Shown here: piece after piece, positions 1 through 9,711 of the stretch | How the letters are laid out: the number at the start of each line of letters is the position of its first letter | How positions within the stretch are numbered: position 1 is the stretch's first letter | NCBI GenBank assembly: GCA_963815195.1 | Contig: CAWFGE010000008.1 | Location: 256,001 to 320,000, forward strand | DNA: 64,000 nucleotides | DNA from: an uncultured Planctomycetaceae bacterium | GTDB lineage: Bacteria > Planctomycetota > Planctomycetia > Planctomycetales > Planctomycetaceae | Direction: 5' to 3' | Program-made: the position numbers and the translations under genes | The notes under the pieces: generated by a model | Seen by the model: only the letters and a program-made list of their open reading frames with translations | What the model was told of the DNA's origin: nothing | The model's database searches: none

Positions 1-1
1 G

Positions 2-2905
2 TTCCATTTCGCATTGGTCGAGGGCGGTATTTTGTTCCTGGGCAGCAGCGAAACAGTCGGCCGGCATAAGGCGCTCTTCGAAACGATCCACAAGCGGTGG
101 CGGATTTATCGGCGCGTCGGTCCCACGCGATACGATCAGGTGGAGATCCCCGTGTCGGCCGCGTCCGGACCTCGCCACCGGATCAACGAACTGCCCGTGC
201 CCGGTCACGGCGATCGGAACCATCTGGCGCATTTGGCCCAGCAATATCTGTTGGATTGGCTTGCTCCGCAGGCGATTCTCGTCGATAGAAGCTGGCGGAT
301 GCTGTATCTGTCGGGGGAACTGGATCGGTATCTTTCGCGCGGGCCGGGGGTGCCGAACGATCATTTGCTGGAGAACTGCCGCCGGGGTTTGCGAACCCGC
401 TTGCGGAGCGCCGTTCATGAAGCACTGAATGAAAAACAGGCCGTTTCGGTCGTGGCGAAACTGCAGCGGAACAACCAGCTGGAACGCGTGCGAATCACGG
501 TGCGTCCCATCCCGCAGCGGGACGACCTTCCGGAATTGGCGCTCGTCGTGTTCGAGCCGGGGGCTTCGGAAGACGTGGAACCGGCCGGGAAGAAGCCCCT
601 CGCCGGGCCGGACAAGCCGACGGCCGCAGAGGAATCTCGTCCGGGCGAACAGCCTCGGGACATGGAACTCGATGAGCATGCCATCTTCAAGCAATTGGAA
701 GACGAGTTGGCGTCCACGCGCACGGAACTCCAGGCGGCAGTGGAGCAGTTGGAAACGTCCAACGAGGAATACAAGGCGGCCAATGAAGAAGTCATGTCGA
801 TCAATGAGGAGCTCCAAAGCACGAATGAAGAACTGGAGACCTCGAAGGAAGAGCTCCAGTCGCTGAACGAGGAGTTGAGCACCGTCAATAACCAACTCTC
901 CGGCAAAGTGGAGGAGTTGGAAACTAAGCATGCCGACCTGAAAAACCTGATTTCGGTGACCGACGTGGCCACCGTCTGCCTGGACACGGACTTGTGCATT
1001 CGCTGGTTTACGCCGGCGTCCAAGACGGTGATTCGCTTGAGCGACACGGATCAAGGCCGGCCGATCAGCGACTTCGCCCACGACTTTGTCGATAGCGATC
1101 TGGTGGCCGCGTGCCGGCGGGTGCTCGACAAGCTGATCCCCGAAGAGTCCGAGGTCGAGTGCCGCGACCACCGCTATTACGTCCGCCGGATCACGCCTTA
1201 TCGCACCGACGACCACCGCATCGGCGGCCTCGTGACGACGTACGTGGACATCACGTCCCGCAAGCAGTTCGAGCAGCAGCTCCAAGAGAGCGAACTGCGG
1301 TTGCGGCGGGCGGCGGAGTCCGCCGAGTTTGGGACTTACGATATCCAGCCTCTCACCGGGGTCGTGCATTGGTCGCCGGAAATGAAGCAGCTTTACGGGC
1401 TGCCTCGGGATGCGGACGTCCCCGTGGGACCGCTGGAAGTTCCTCCCCAAGTCTATCCCGAAGACCGCGAGAAAGTCAGAAAGGCCTGGGAAGCGGCCAC
1501 CGATCCGAAAGGCGACGGACGTTTGAGCGGCGAGCACCGGGTCGCGTTGGCTTCGGGAGAGATTCGCTGGGTCATGTTCCGCGGACTGACCTATTTTGAA
1601 GGGGAAGGCGAAAGCCGTCGGGCCGTGCGGGCGGTGGGCACCGCCTTGGATGTCACGCAGCGCAAGCAGGCGGAACTCGAGTTGCAAAAGCTCAATGCAT
1701 CGCTCGAAGAAGAGGTGGCCCGGCGGGTGGCCACGCTCGCGCTGCTCCAGGAGATCACCGTCGCCTCGAACGAAGCCAAGATCTTCCGCGAAGCGGTTTG
1801 CGCCGCCCTCGCGCGGATTTGCGAGTACAACGGCTGGGTCGTGGGCCATGCCTGGGAAGTCTCCGAAGAGAATCCCGAGGAACTGGTGTCGCTGCGAGCG
1901 TGGTACGTGTCCGACGAGCCGCAGCCGGAGACAGCCCGCCGCTTGGAGGAATTCCAGCGAATTACGGAACAGATCCGCATTCCGATCGGCGGCAACTTTG
2001 TGGGCCACGTCGCCCGCACCGGCGAACCGGCCTGGCTGGAGGACGTCGACGACTTCCCCGACTGGTCGCGTGGCAATCCGGGAAAGTTCGGCCTGGCCTC
2101 GTGTATTGCCTTTCCCATTCTGATCGACAACCATGTGGCCGCGGTCCTGGAGTTTTATGCGCATGACGCGATCCGCCGGGAAGAGCAGTTCATGGAGATC
2201 ATGTCCAACATCGGGATTCAACTGGGGCACGCGTTCCAGCGTCAACTGCTGGAACGGGCCATCGACGCGGCGACCACAAAGTACCAGCGCTACATCGCCC
2301 AGGAACTCCACGACAGCGTCGCCCAAGAGCTGACCGGATGCAGCATGATGGCCGAGGTGCTGAGGGAAAAAATCGTCAGCGGCGACGCCGATGAGGACCT
2401 CGCCGAGAAGCTGCAATTCCATCTTCGGGCCGCGGGGGAAGAGGTTCGCCGGCTGTCCCACGGCTTGATGCCCGTGGTGGTGGACGCGGAAGGCTTGATG
2501 CGGGCCCTCGAGGATCTGGCCGGGCACGCCCGCGAATGGCATTCGCTCCAATGCGAGTTTCACTGCGAGGCGCCGGTCGCCGTGGAAAACGCCGACGTGG
2601 CCACGCACTTCTATCGCATCGCGCAGGAAGCCCTCCAAAACGCCGCCAAGCACAGCCGGGCCGATCACGTCGATCTGACCCTTCGCCGCGAAGGCGATGA
2701 CGTCGTGCTTTTGATCCAAGACAATGGAAAGGGCGTTTGCGATCCCAAAAGTTCCGACGGGCAAGGCTTGCAGATCATGCGGCACCGGGCCAACCTCATC
2801 GGCGGAGAATTCGACATCCGCTCGAGCGATGGCGAAGGCGTGACCATCACCTGCCGAGTCCGGCAAGCCGAAAGCCAAACACCCGCGTCCGATTCCTGCC
2901 AATGA
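2..2905 (+). CDS. CheR-type methyltransferase C-terminus fused to PAS/GAF sensor histidine kinase (5' end outside window)
   Basis: The frame is open from the window edge (FHFAL..GGILFLGSSE, typical CheR end). It has a coiled coil 'NEELQSTNEELETSKEELQSLNEEL', PAS-like segments, HisKA_3 'IAQELHDSVAQEL' and HATPase 'QEALQNAAKH...DNGKG..G.GL'. Confidence 0.9.
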   Translation, partial: FHFALVEGGILFLGSSETVGRHKALFETIHKRWRIYRRVGPTRYDQVEIPVSAASGPRHRINELPVPGHGDRNHLAHLAQQYLLDWLAPQAILVDRSWRMLYLSGELDRYLSRGPGVPNDHLLENCRRGLRTRLRSAVHEALNEKQAVSVVAKLQRNNQLERVRITVRPIPQRDDLPELALVVFEPGASEDVEPAGKKPLAGPDKPTAAEESRPGEQPRDMELDEHAIFKQLEDELASTRTELQAAVEQLETSNEEYKAANEEVMSINEELQSTNEELETSKEELQSLNEELSTVNNQLSGKVEELETKHADLKNLISVTDVATVCLDTDLCIRWFTPASKTVIRLSDTDQGRPISDFAHDFVDSDLVAACRRVLDKLIPEESEVECRDHRYYVRRITPYRTDDHRIGGLVTTYVDITSRKQFEQQLQESELRLRRAAESAEFGTYDIQPLTGVVHWSPEMKQLYGLPRDADVPVGPLEVPPQVYPEDREKVRKAWEAATDPKGDGRLSGEHRVALASGEIRWVMFRGLTYFEGEGESRRAVRAVGTALDVTQRKQAELELQKLNASLEEEVARRVATLALLQEITVASNEAKIFREAVCAALARICEYNGWVVGHAWEVSEENPEELVSLRAWYVSDEPQPETARRLEEFQRITEQIRIPIGGNFVGHVARTGEPAWLEDVDDFPDWSRGNPGKFGLASCIAFPILIDNHVAAVLEFYAHDAIRREEQFMEIMSNIGIQLGHAFQRQLLERAIDAATTKYQRYIAQELHDSVAQELTGCSMMAEVLREKIVSGDADEDLAEKLQFHLRAAGEEVRRLSHGLMPVVVDAEGLMRALEDLAGHAREWHSLQCEFHCEAPVAVENADVATHFYRIAQEALQNAAKHSRADHVDLTLRREGDDVVLLIQDNGKGVCDPKSSDGQGLQIMRHRANLIGGEFDIRSSDGEGVTITCRVRQAESQTPASDSCQ

Positions 2906-2908
2906 CCG

Positions 2909-4177
2909 CTATTCCTCGACGGCGGCGTCTTCCGGTTTCTTTTGTCGAGCGGCCTGTTTCTCGGCGGCTTCTTCCGGCTGGACCTCTTTTTCGGATTGTT
3001 CTTCCTCGGCGGCTTCTTGCTCGCTTCGGGAATGGAACCACCGCGCGATCAAAACGTCGGTGGAGGAATGGGCCAGGATCGACATCGCCACCACCAGCCC
3101 GACGATGTGAAACAATTGCTCGCCGGAACCGAGGCCCATTTTCAGGAGATACATCCCATAAACGACGGAGGCAAATCCCTTGGGGCCGAACCACGCCGCC
3201 GCGATCCACTCCGGCTTGTTGATTTTTCCTCCCAAGAGCGCCAGCCCCAACGCAATCGGCCGGACGAGAATCAGGACCAGAACAACGAACGCCACTTCCC
3301 AGCCGGTCGTCTGGCCCAGGTATTCCAGCGACATCAAGGCTCCGAACACCAGCAGGCTAAGGAGCTTCAAGAGTTCCGAGATGATCTGGCCCAGGTATTC
3401 GAAGGACTCGCGGACGACGGGGTTGCAGGTGGCGACGGTCATCCCGCCCGCGAACGCCGCCAGAAACTGGTTCAAGTGAAAAGTCTTGGCGAGGATAAAG
3501 AGCAGAAGCCCGAGGGCAAAGGCGTTGATGGGGCGATAGTCTTCCGAGGCTTGGAAGAACCGCGTGCCCTCCAGTCGAATCGCCGTCCAGGGCAGCGCGA
3601 CGCCCAGGGCGATTCCGCCGAGAATCTCGCCGCCGAGTTTGAGAAAGTTCACCGTCTCGGAACTGGCATAGCTGACGAGTGCCACCACGACCGGGAGAGC
3701 CAGGCCGTCGTTGACGCCGCTTTCCACGTTCAATAAATGCCTTAAACGGTAGGGCACCTCTTCGCGGCCGACGATGGCCGAGGCGAACATCGGATCGGTG
3801 GGACTGAGCACGGCCCCCAACAAGAACGCGTGGAGCCAAGGCAGATCGACGAGCCAATGCGCAAGGGCCGCGATCATCACGAACACCAGCGGCATGCCGA
3901 GCACCAGGGCCCGGCCCGGCAACCGCCAGGCGCGGGTCAAATCCTTCAGCCCCACACGCATGCCGTCGGTAAAGAGCACGCTGAACAGCGCGACTTGCAC
4001 AAGCAGATCGACAAACGGATCGCCGGCGTGGACGGTGAGGATTCCCACCGGTTCCAGCCCCAGGACGAGTCCCGCGCCCAAAAACAGGACGGACGTGGAG
4101 AGGATGCTCCGGTGCGCGAAACCGGAGATCATCACCGCAAACAAAAGCGTGACGGCAAAGACGAGTGCTAATCCCAT
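2909..4177 (-). CDS. NhaP-type cation:proton antiporter (CPA1)
   Basis: Multi-TM protein with 'LSPTDP', 'ESGVNDG' and 'WFGPKG' motifs. Confidence 0.9.
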   Translation of the reverse strand: MGLALVFAVTLLFAVMISGFAHRSILSTSVLFLGAGLVLGLEPVGILTVHAGDPFVDLLVQVALFSVLFTDGMRVGLKDLTRAWRLPGRALVLGMPLVFVMIAALAHWLVDLPWLHAFLLGAVLSPTDPMFASAIVGREEVPYRLRHLLNVESGVNDGLALPVVVALVSYASSETVNFLKLGGEILGGIALGVALPWTAIRLEGTRFFQASEDYRPINAFALGLLLFILAKTFHLNQFLAAFAGGMTVATCNPVVRESFEYLGQIISELLKLLSLLVFGALMSLEYLGQTTGWEVAFVVLVLILVRPIALGLALLGGKINKPEWIAAAWFGPKGFASVVYGMYLLKMGLGSGEQLFHIVGLVVAMSILAHSSTDVLIARWFHSRSEQEAAEEEQSEKEVQPEEAAEKQAARQKKPEDAAVEE

Positions 4178-4509
4178 CAATCCATTTGTCCTGATGCCAT
4201 TCGCCGAGAAACGTGGACTGCGGGCCGAGAAAGAACTCTCGCGCCGCCGACGGCCTTCCGTCTCGCCTTGGCCGACCGCGAAATGGCACGGTATCCCGCA
4301 AACTGCCGGTTGATCGCACAGCCTGCTCGCTGATCGTCAGCCGTGATGATCCATGATGGATTTCACCTCCCAAGGGGAGGTGAAAAAGCGCGCACGAGGT
4401 ATTCTTTAATACCGTCCTATTTGCCCCCTGATTATCCGGAAGGACCATTTCAATTTATTTTATCAGCCGCAGGGCGCTCGCTAGACCCCGTTCGCGGAAC
4501 ACCCGGTCG

Positions 4510-5580
4510 TTAAAACCTCACCCGTTCGGCGAGCCGGTTGGGAAGTGACCGCTGCTTCTCGACGAGTTTTTTCGCTCCGCCCAGCGCCAAAACCGCCCCG
4601 CCGAGCGCCACGCCCGCCAGCCCCGCGGCGATGGTGCCCCAATGCGTGTTCGCCCACAATTGCCAGCTGTTGGACGAAGACCGCCGGTCAAAAATCCCGT
4701 GCGCATCATGCCCGTTATGCGCCGGGCTGAATAAATTGTCGGGCCGATCGGACGAGACGGGATCGTCCGTTTGCTGACTGTCGTATCCCATCTTTCCCAA
4801 ATACCAATCTAAGAGTCCGGGGAAAAACTTGTTGGCCCAGATGGCTTTCCAACTCGAGCCGCCCACGATCAACTCCCGCCGGGAATGATCCGCCGCCCAG
4901 ACAATCGCCGCCGCGGCGACTTCCGGCTGAAAGATCGGCGGAACCGGCTGCGGATGGTGCGGCAACCGCGTCCGGCACCAGTTGAACTGCGGCGTGTTGA
5001 GCGCGGGAAGCTGCACCATCGTGAGTTGAATGTTCTTCTTGTCATGCAAGAGTTCGCACCGGAGCGAATCCGTAAACCCGCGGATGGCGTGTTTCGCGCC
5101 GCAATACGGGGCCTGCAAGGGAATCGCCCGGTAAGCCAGCGCGGAACCGACCTGCACGATGCTGCCGCGATTGCGGGGCGACATCCGCTTGAGAGCCGCC
5201 ATCGTTCCGTAAACCGTGCCCAAATAGGTGACTTCCGTAGCCCGCTTAAACTCTTCGGGCGAGATTTTTTCCAGCGGAGCGAACACGGTCGTCATCGCGT
5301 TATTGACCCACACGTCGATCGGGCCGAACTCGCGCTCGATTTTTTCCGCGGCCTCTTCGACCGCGCCCGCATCGGCGACGTCGGTGGGCACCGCCAGCGC
5401 TTGCCCGCCGAGTTGCTCGACTTCCTCGCGGGCCGCTTCCAAACCGTGCGGATCGCGGGCCAACAGGCCGATCCTCGCCCCGCGTTTGGCAAATTCCCGC
5501 ACGACCGCCCGCCCGACTCCCGCGGAAGCCCCTGTGACCACGACCACTTGCTTTGGTGAAGATGGATTTGGATGATTCAT
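4510..5580 (-). CDS. SDR family oxidoreductase
   Basis: TGASAGVG, NNA and YCGAK (YxxxK) motifs. Confidence 0.92.
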   Translation of the reverse strand: MNHPNPSSPKQVVVVTGASAGVGRAVVREFAKRGARIGLLARDPHGLEAAREEVEQLGGQALAVPTDVADAGAVEEAAEKIEREFGPIDVWVNNAMTTVFAPLEKISPEEFKRATEVTYLGTVYGTMAALKRMSPRNRGSIVQVGSALAYRAIPLQAPYCGAKHAIRGFTDSLRCELLHDKKNIQLTMVQLPALNTPQFNWCRTRLPHHPQPVPPIFQPEVAAAAIVWAADHSRRELIVGGSSWKAIWANKFFPGLLDWYLGKMGYDSQQTDDPVSSDRPDNLFSPAHNGHDAHGIFDRRSSSNSWQLWANTHWGTIAAGLAGVALGGAVLALGGAKKLVEKQRSLPNRLAERVRF

Positions 5581-5800
5581 CGGCAACCTTTCCGCTTAAA
5601 ATATCGAGAGTTCGCGCGCCCGGCTGGGAATTTTTCCCAACCGCCGCTGGGTGGTTTCGCCTGGGAGGGGCTTCCAAAATTGAAAAGCCTCCAAGAGTCC
5701 AACGTGCAAATCGCACGCCATTCCCAAATCGCCGCCGGAGTTTTTCCCTTGCGATCGCGAATCGCCCGGCATGATCCTTGCGGAAACACGTCGCCCTTTC

Positions 5801-5873
5801 TTAAGCGGCAAAGCCGCAATCAACGGAGCAGCGGCATCCGGCCGCTTTCGATGGATTTCGGCGGCTGGAAGCC
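5801..5873. repeat. Intergenic palindromic REP-like repeat (family A; relatives at 44751-44833 and 46610-46636)
   Basis: Shared 'aagcggcaaagccgcaa...gcggcatc..gccgc...tcggcggctggaagcc' seen by eye. Confidence 0.65.
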
Positions 5874-5972
5874 ACGGTTAGGCGACACTTTGCAGCCTTT
5901 GCTCTCCAAGGTCGGCATGATTTCCAGGAAACCCGTTTTGAATTGCAGACCCAATTGCCTAAAGTTTGAACT

Positions 5973-7439
5973 ATGACTTTCCTGTTCTTGGCCGAGGTTT
6001 GGAACAACCTGTTCAGTTCGACTGTTGGAATCCTTGTCGTGGTCGGGTATTTCCTAACCTGGCTGCTGATCCCGTGGGTTCTATTGAAACGCCGCGTGCA
6101 TCAGTCGGCCGCCGTCGCCTGGCTGATTGCGATCATCTTCGTGCCGTTCCTGGGGGCGTTCTTCTGTGTGCTCGTCGGGAACATGCGCTGGGAGAAGCAG
6201 TCGGCCCGCAAGCGCGAGGCGTCTCGGGAAATCCATCGGCAGGTCGCGGGACGCCACGAGGCCTGGGAAGCGTCGCCCGATCAGCTCGGTCATCTCGCGC
6301 CTCTGGCCCGCCTCGCCACGCAAATGACCGGCGTTCCGCTGACATCGGGCAACCTCCTCGAGCACCTCCCGGACACCAACCGAAGCCTGGAAAAAATCGA
6401 GGAGATGATTCGCGCGGCCCGGCATTGGATCCACATCGAGTTTTACGTCTGGCGGCACGATCGCGCCGGACATCGCATCCAGAAAGTTCTGATCGAAAAA
6501 GCCCGCGAGGGGCTCGACGTTCGCTTGCTTTATGACGGGTTCGGTTCCGTTTTCCTGGGCCGGAGGTTTTTGAAAGCGATCGAAAACGCCGGTGTCAAGA
6601 CGGCTCCGTTCACGCCGGGCCTTCGGATCTGGCCGATCGGGACGCTGCATTTGCGGAACCATCGCAAGATCGTCGTCGCGGACGGAACGCTGGGGTTCAC
6701 CGGCGGAATGAACATCGGCGACGAGTACATTCATCCCACCAAAAGCTTCGGAAAATGGCGCGACACGCAGCTTCTCGTGCGCGGCCCCGCTGTCTTGCAG
6801 TTGCAACAGGTGTTCGCCCAGGACTGGTACTACGCCACCGGCGAAGCTCTTACGGGCGACCGTTATTATCCCGCTCCCGAACGGCCCGGCCACGTGCCCT
6901 GCCAGGTGGTCGCCGACGGACCCGACAACGATGTCGATATCTTTTCCTGCCTGCTGATCGCGGCCTTGGGTTTGGCGCAGGAGCGGGTCACGATCACCAC
7001 GCCCTATTTCGTCCCGCCCGATGCCCTCGCGGTCGCCCTCCAGACCGCCGCCCGCCGCGGCGTCGAGGTCCGCATGATGATCGCGGACCGCGGCAATTAT
7101 CTGTGGACGAAAATGGCCGGCCGCTCCTATTACCAGCGGCTGCTGGCCGCCGGCGTCGAGATCTTGGAATATCAAGCCGGCCTCTACCACGCGAAAACGA
7201 TCGCCATCGACGGCGAGTGGTCGCTGGTCGGCACGCCGAATTGCGACTACCGCAGCTTGTTTCTGAATTTTGAAGTCGCGGTGTCCTCGTTTGACCGGAC
7301 GCTGGCGGGGGAACTCGAAGAGCAGTTTCGCCGCGATGCCCAACAAGCCGTCCCGATTCGCCTCGATGATTGGAGGAAGCGATCCACCCTTAAGCGGCTC
7401 CACGAAGAGTTCTGGCGGCTCTTCGGCCCGGTGATGTGA
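5973..7439 (+). CDS. cls: Cardiolipin synthase
   Basis: N-terminal TM segments and two HKD motifs (HRKIVVAD, HAKTIAID). Confidence 0.9.
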   Translation: MTFLFLAEVWNNLFSSTVGILVVVGYFLTWLLIPWVLLKRRVHQSAAVAWLIAIIFVPFLGAFFCVLVGNMRWEKQSARKREASREIHRQVAGRHEAWEASPDQLGHLAPLARLATQMTGVPLTSGNLLEHLPDTNRSLEKIEEMIRAARHWIHIEFYVWRHDRAGHRIQKVLIEKAREGLDVRLLYDGFGSVFLGRRFLKAIENAGVKTAPFTPGLRIWPIGTLHLRNHRKIVVADGTLGFTGGMNIGDEYIHPTKSFGKWRDTQLLVRGPAVLQLQQVFAQDWYYATGEALTGDRYYPAPERPGHVPCQVVADGPDNDVDIFSCLLIAALGLAQERVTITTPYFVPPDALAVALQTAARRGVEVRMMIADRGNYLWTKMAGRSYYQRLLAAGVEILEYQAGLYHAKTIAIDGEWSLVGTPNCDYRSLFLNFEVAVSSFDRTLAGELEEQFRRDAQQAVPIRLDDWRKRSTLKRLHEEFWRLFGPVM

Positions 7440-7731
7440 GAACGTGTTGGAAAATCTGAGCGGCGGGTACCCTCTGGGTCGCTAGCCTCCGGTCTTGACT
7501 TCGCGCATATCGATTCATCGAAACCGGAGACTCGCCGCCGACCGCTCATGTATTTCGGCGGATAAGTCGAGCGAGGTCGCGCGAGGGTGTTCAGGTGCGC
7601 TTCAAGAGGTTCCCCCGGTGCAGAATCAGTCGTCAACGGATTCTCAAAACGAATGGGCGGGGAATAATGGCGTCAGGTGGCGAGATGTTCTCCCGCGACT
7701 TTTCAGAGTCTGATTCTTGCAAGGAAGATTC

Positions 7732-8451
7732 ATGTACCATCACGTCAAAAAGTTGATGTATACGGTCAATGTCGGAGAAGCCGATCCCCGTTTTGGAAAA
7801 ATGTTGCTCGAGCAATTCGGCGGTGCCAACGGCGAACTGGCGGCCGCACTCCAGTATTCCGTCCAGGGGCTCAACTGCGACGACCCCAAACGCAAAGACC
7901 TGCTGATGGACATCGGGACGGAGGAACTCAGCCATCTGGAAATCATCGGCAGCCTCGCGCGGATGCACTTAAAGCCGTTGAAGGACGGCTCCCGCAGCCA
8001 GGCGGAAGCCGACCCCCTGATTGCCGTGGTCGGAGGCGGCGGAGTCTCGCTGAACAACTCGCAAGGCAATCCGTGGACGGCCGACTATTTGAAAGTCACG
8101 GGCGAGTTGGATGTCGATCTCCGCAACAACATCGCCGCCGAAGCCCGCGCGAAAATCACCTACGAACGGCTCATCAAATTCTGCGACGATCCCGGCACCA
8201 AAGATGCGCTCAACTTCCTGATGACCCGCGAGATCACCCACATGAAAGCCTTCAGCATCGCCCTCGAAAGCCTGGGCAAGGACCCGCTTGAGGTGGGCGA
8301 ATTGCCCGTGATGGACGAATACGTCAACAAGTTCTACAACGACTCCACCGGCCAAGGGGAAATGGGCGAGGATGCCGAGGGCCCGTGGAACTCCGGCGGC
8401 GATTGGGAGAAGGTGGACAATCCGGCGTTTTCCGATCTGCAAAAAACTTGA
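7732..8451 (+). CDS. Manganese catalase family protein
   Basis: 'EQFGGANGEL', 'DIGTEELSHLE', 'NIAAEARA' and 'MTREITH' motifs. Confidence 0.93.
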   Translation: MYHHVKKLMYTVNVGEADPRFGKMLLEQFGGANGELAAALQYSVQGLNCDDPKRKDLLMDIGTEELSHLEIIGSLARMHLKPLKDGSRSQAEADPLIAVVGGGGVSLNNSQGNPWTADYLKVTGELDVDLRNNIAAEARAKITYERLIKFCDDPGTKDALNFLMTREITHMKAFSIALESLGKDPLEVGELPVMDEYVNKFYNDSTGQGEMGEDAEGPWNSGGDWEKVDNPAFSDLQKT

Positions 8452-8603
8452 CGCATTTCCGTTTTGAGCCCTTTCCCAACAAATCGGTCCATCGGGAACG
8501 GCTGGGGTTTATCGTACGTTCCATCCCGCCCCGGCCGTTTTCGATCCCCGGCGTGTTGAGTTTGTCTTTCCAGGTGAAACGCGAATTGCAGAATGATCCC
8601 GAC

Positions 8604-9668
8604 ATGCCGGATTCCCGTGTCGATCGCCCGTTCATCCAGCGGACGCTTTGCGTCCTGGCCTTGGGCACGGCCACGGCGGCGTTGGTCGCGGTGGCGATTC
8701 TCGGACAGTTTGTGTTTCTGCTCCTGTTCGGCAGCGTGCTCCTCGCCATTCTGCTCAAAGGCTTCGGAGATCTCCTCGAACACTACACGAAAATCCCGCA
8801 TCCCTGGAGCGTGACGGTCGTGATCGTCGTGTTGGCCGCGGGTTTCGGCGTGTTGACGGCCAACTTCTCCGTCCACATCGTTCAACAGCTTCACGAATTG
8901 AGCCGGCAGCTCCATCAAGCCAGAGATTCGCTCGAGGCCCAGCTTCAAAGCTCGCGACAGTTGGGGTCCGTAATCCAACATGTTCCCACGCTCGATGAGA
9001 TGTCTTCCTCCTCGTTTGGCGGCGGGTCCTCGATGCGAAGCTGGGTCATGCAGATCTTCGACGCCCTGTTTTACGGGTTCATCCTCGTGGTCGGATCGCT
9101 GTATTTCGCCGTCGATGGGGGCCGCTATCGCAGGGGCATCATCGCCTTGGCCCCGCCGCGGAACCGCGAGCTGACGGGCGATCTGCTCGACCACATCGGC
9201 TTTGTGCTGTGGCGGTGGTTTTTGGGACGGCTGTTTTCCATGACGGTCATCGGCGTGGCCACATCGGTGTTGCTCGCCGTCCTCAACGTTCCGATGCCCA
9301 TCACGCTCGGCGTGATCGCCGCGCTGTTTACGTTCATCCCCAACATCGGCGCGGCGCTCGCCGTGGCGATTCCCGCACTCTTGGCTTTGGAGCAGGGGAC
9401 GAACACGTTCCTCATCGTCGTGTGCGGTTACGTCATCCTCCAGATTCTCGAAAGCTATTGGATGACGCCGATCGTCCAGCAGAAGGTCGTCACCTTGCCC
9501 GCGGCGCTCGTGATCTTTGCCCAAATCCTGGCCGGCACGCTGTTCGGCATGCTGGGCATCGCATTGGCCTCTCCGATCGCAGTGTTCGTATTTGTGCTCG
9601 TGAAAGACCTCTACGTCCGGCGCGGCCTGGAAGACAAACCGGCCCCGCTCGAGTCGGACAAGTTGTAA
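8604..9668 (+). CDS. AI-2E family transporter
   Basis: Multi-TM protein with 'FIPNIG', 'QILESYWMTP' and 'G.LFG.LG..LA.P'. Start taken at ATG 8604. Confidence 0.88.
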   Translation: MPDSRVDRPFIQRTLCVLALGTATAALVAVAILGQFVFLLLFGSVLLAILLKGFGDLLEHYTKIPHPWSVTVVIVVLAAGFGVLTANFSVHIVQQLHELSRQLHQARDSLEAQLQSSRQLGSVIQHVPTLDEMSSSSFGGGSSMRSWVMQIFDALFYGFILVVGSLYFAVDGGRYRRGIIALAPPRNRELTGDLLDHIGFVLWRWFLGRLFSMTVIGVATSVLLAVLNVPMPITLGVIAALFTFIPNIGAALAVAIPALLALEQGTNTFLIVVCGYVILQILESYWMTPIVQQKVVTLPAALVIFAQILAGTLFGMLGIALASPIAVFVFVLVKDLYVRRGLEDKPAPLESDKL

Positions 9669-9711
9669 ACGGGTGTGTTTGAACAAAGTTCGCCGTAGGA
9701 AAAGCCGCTTC

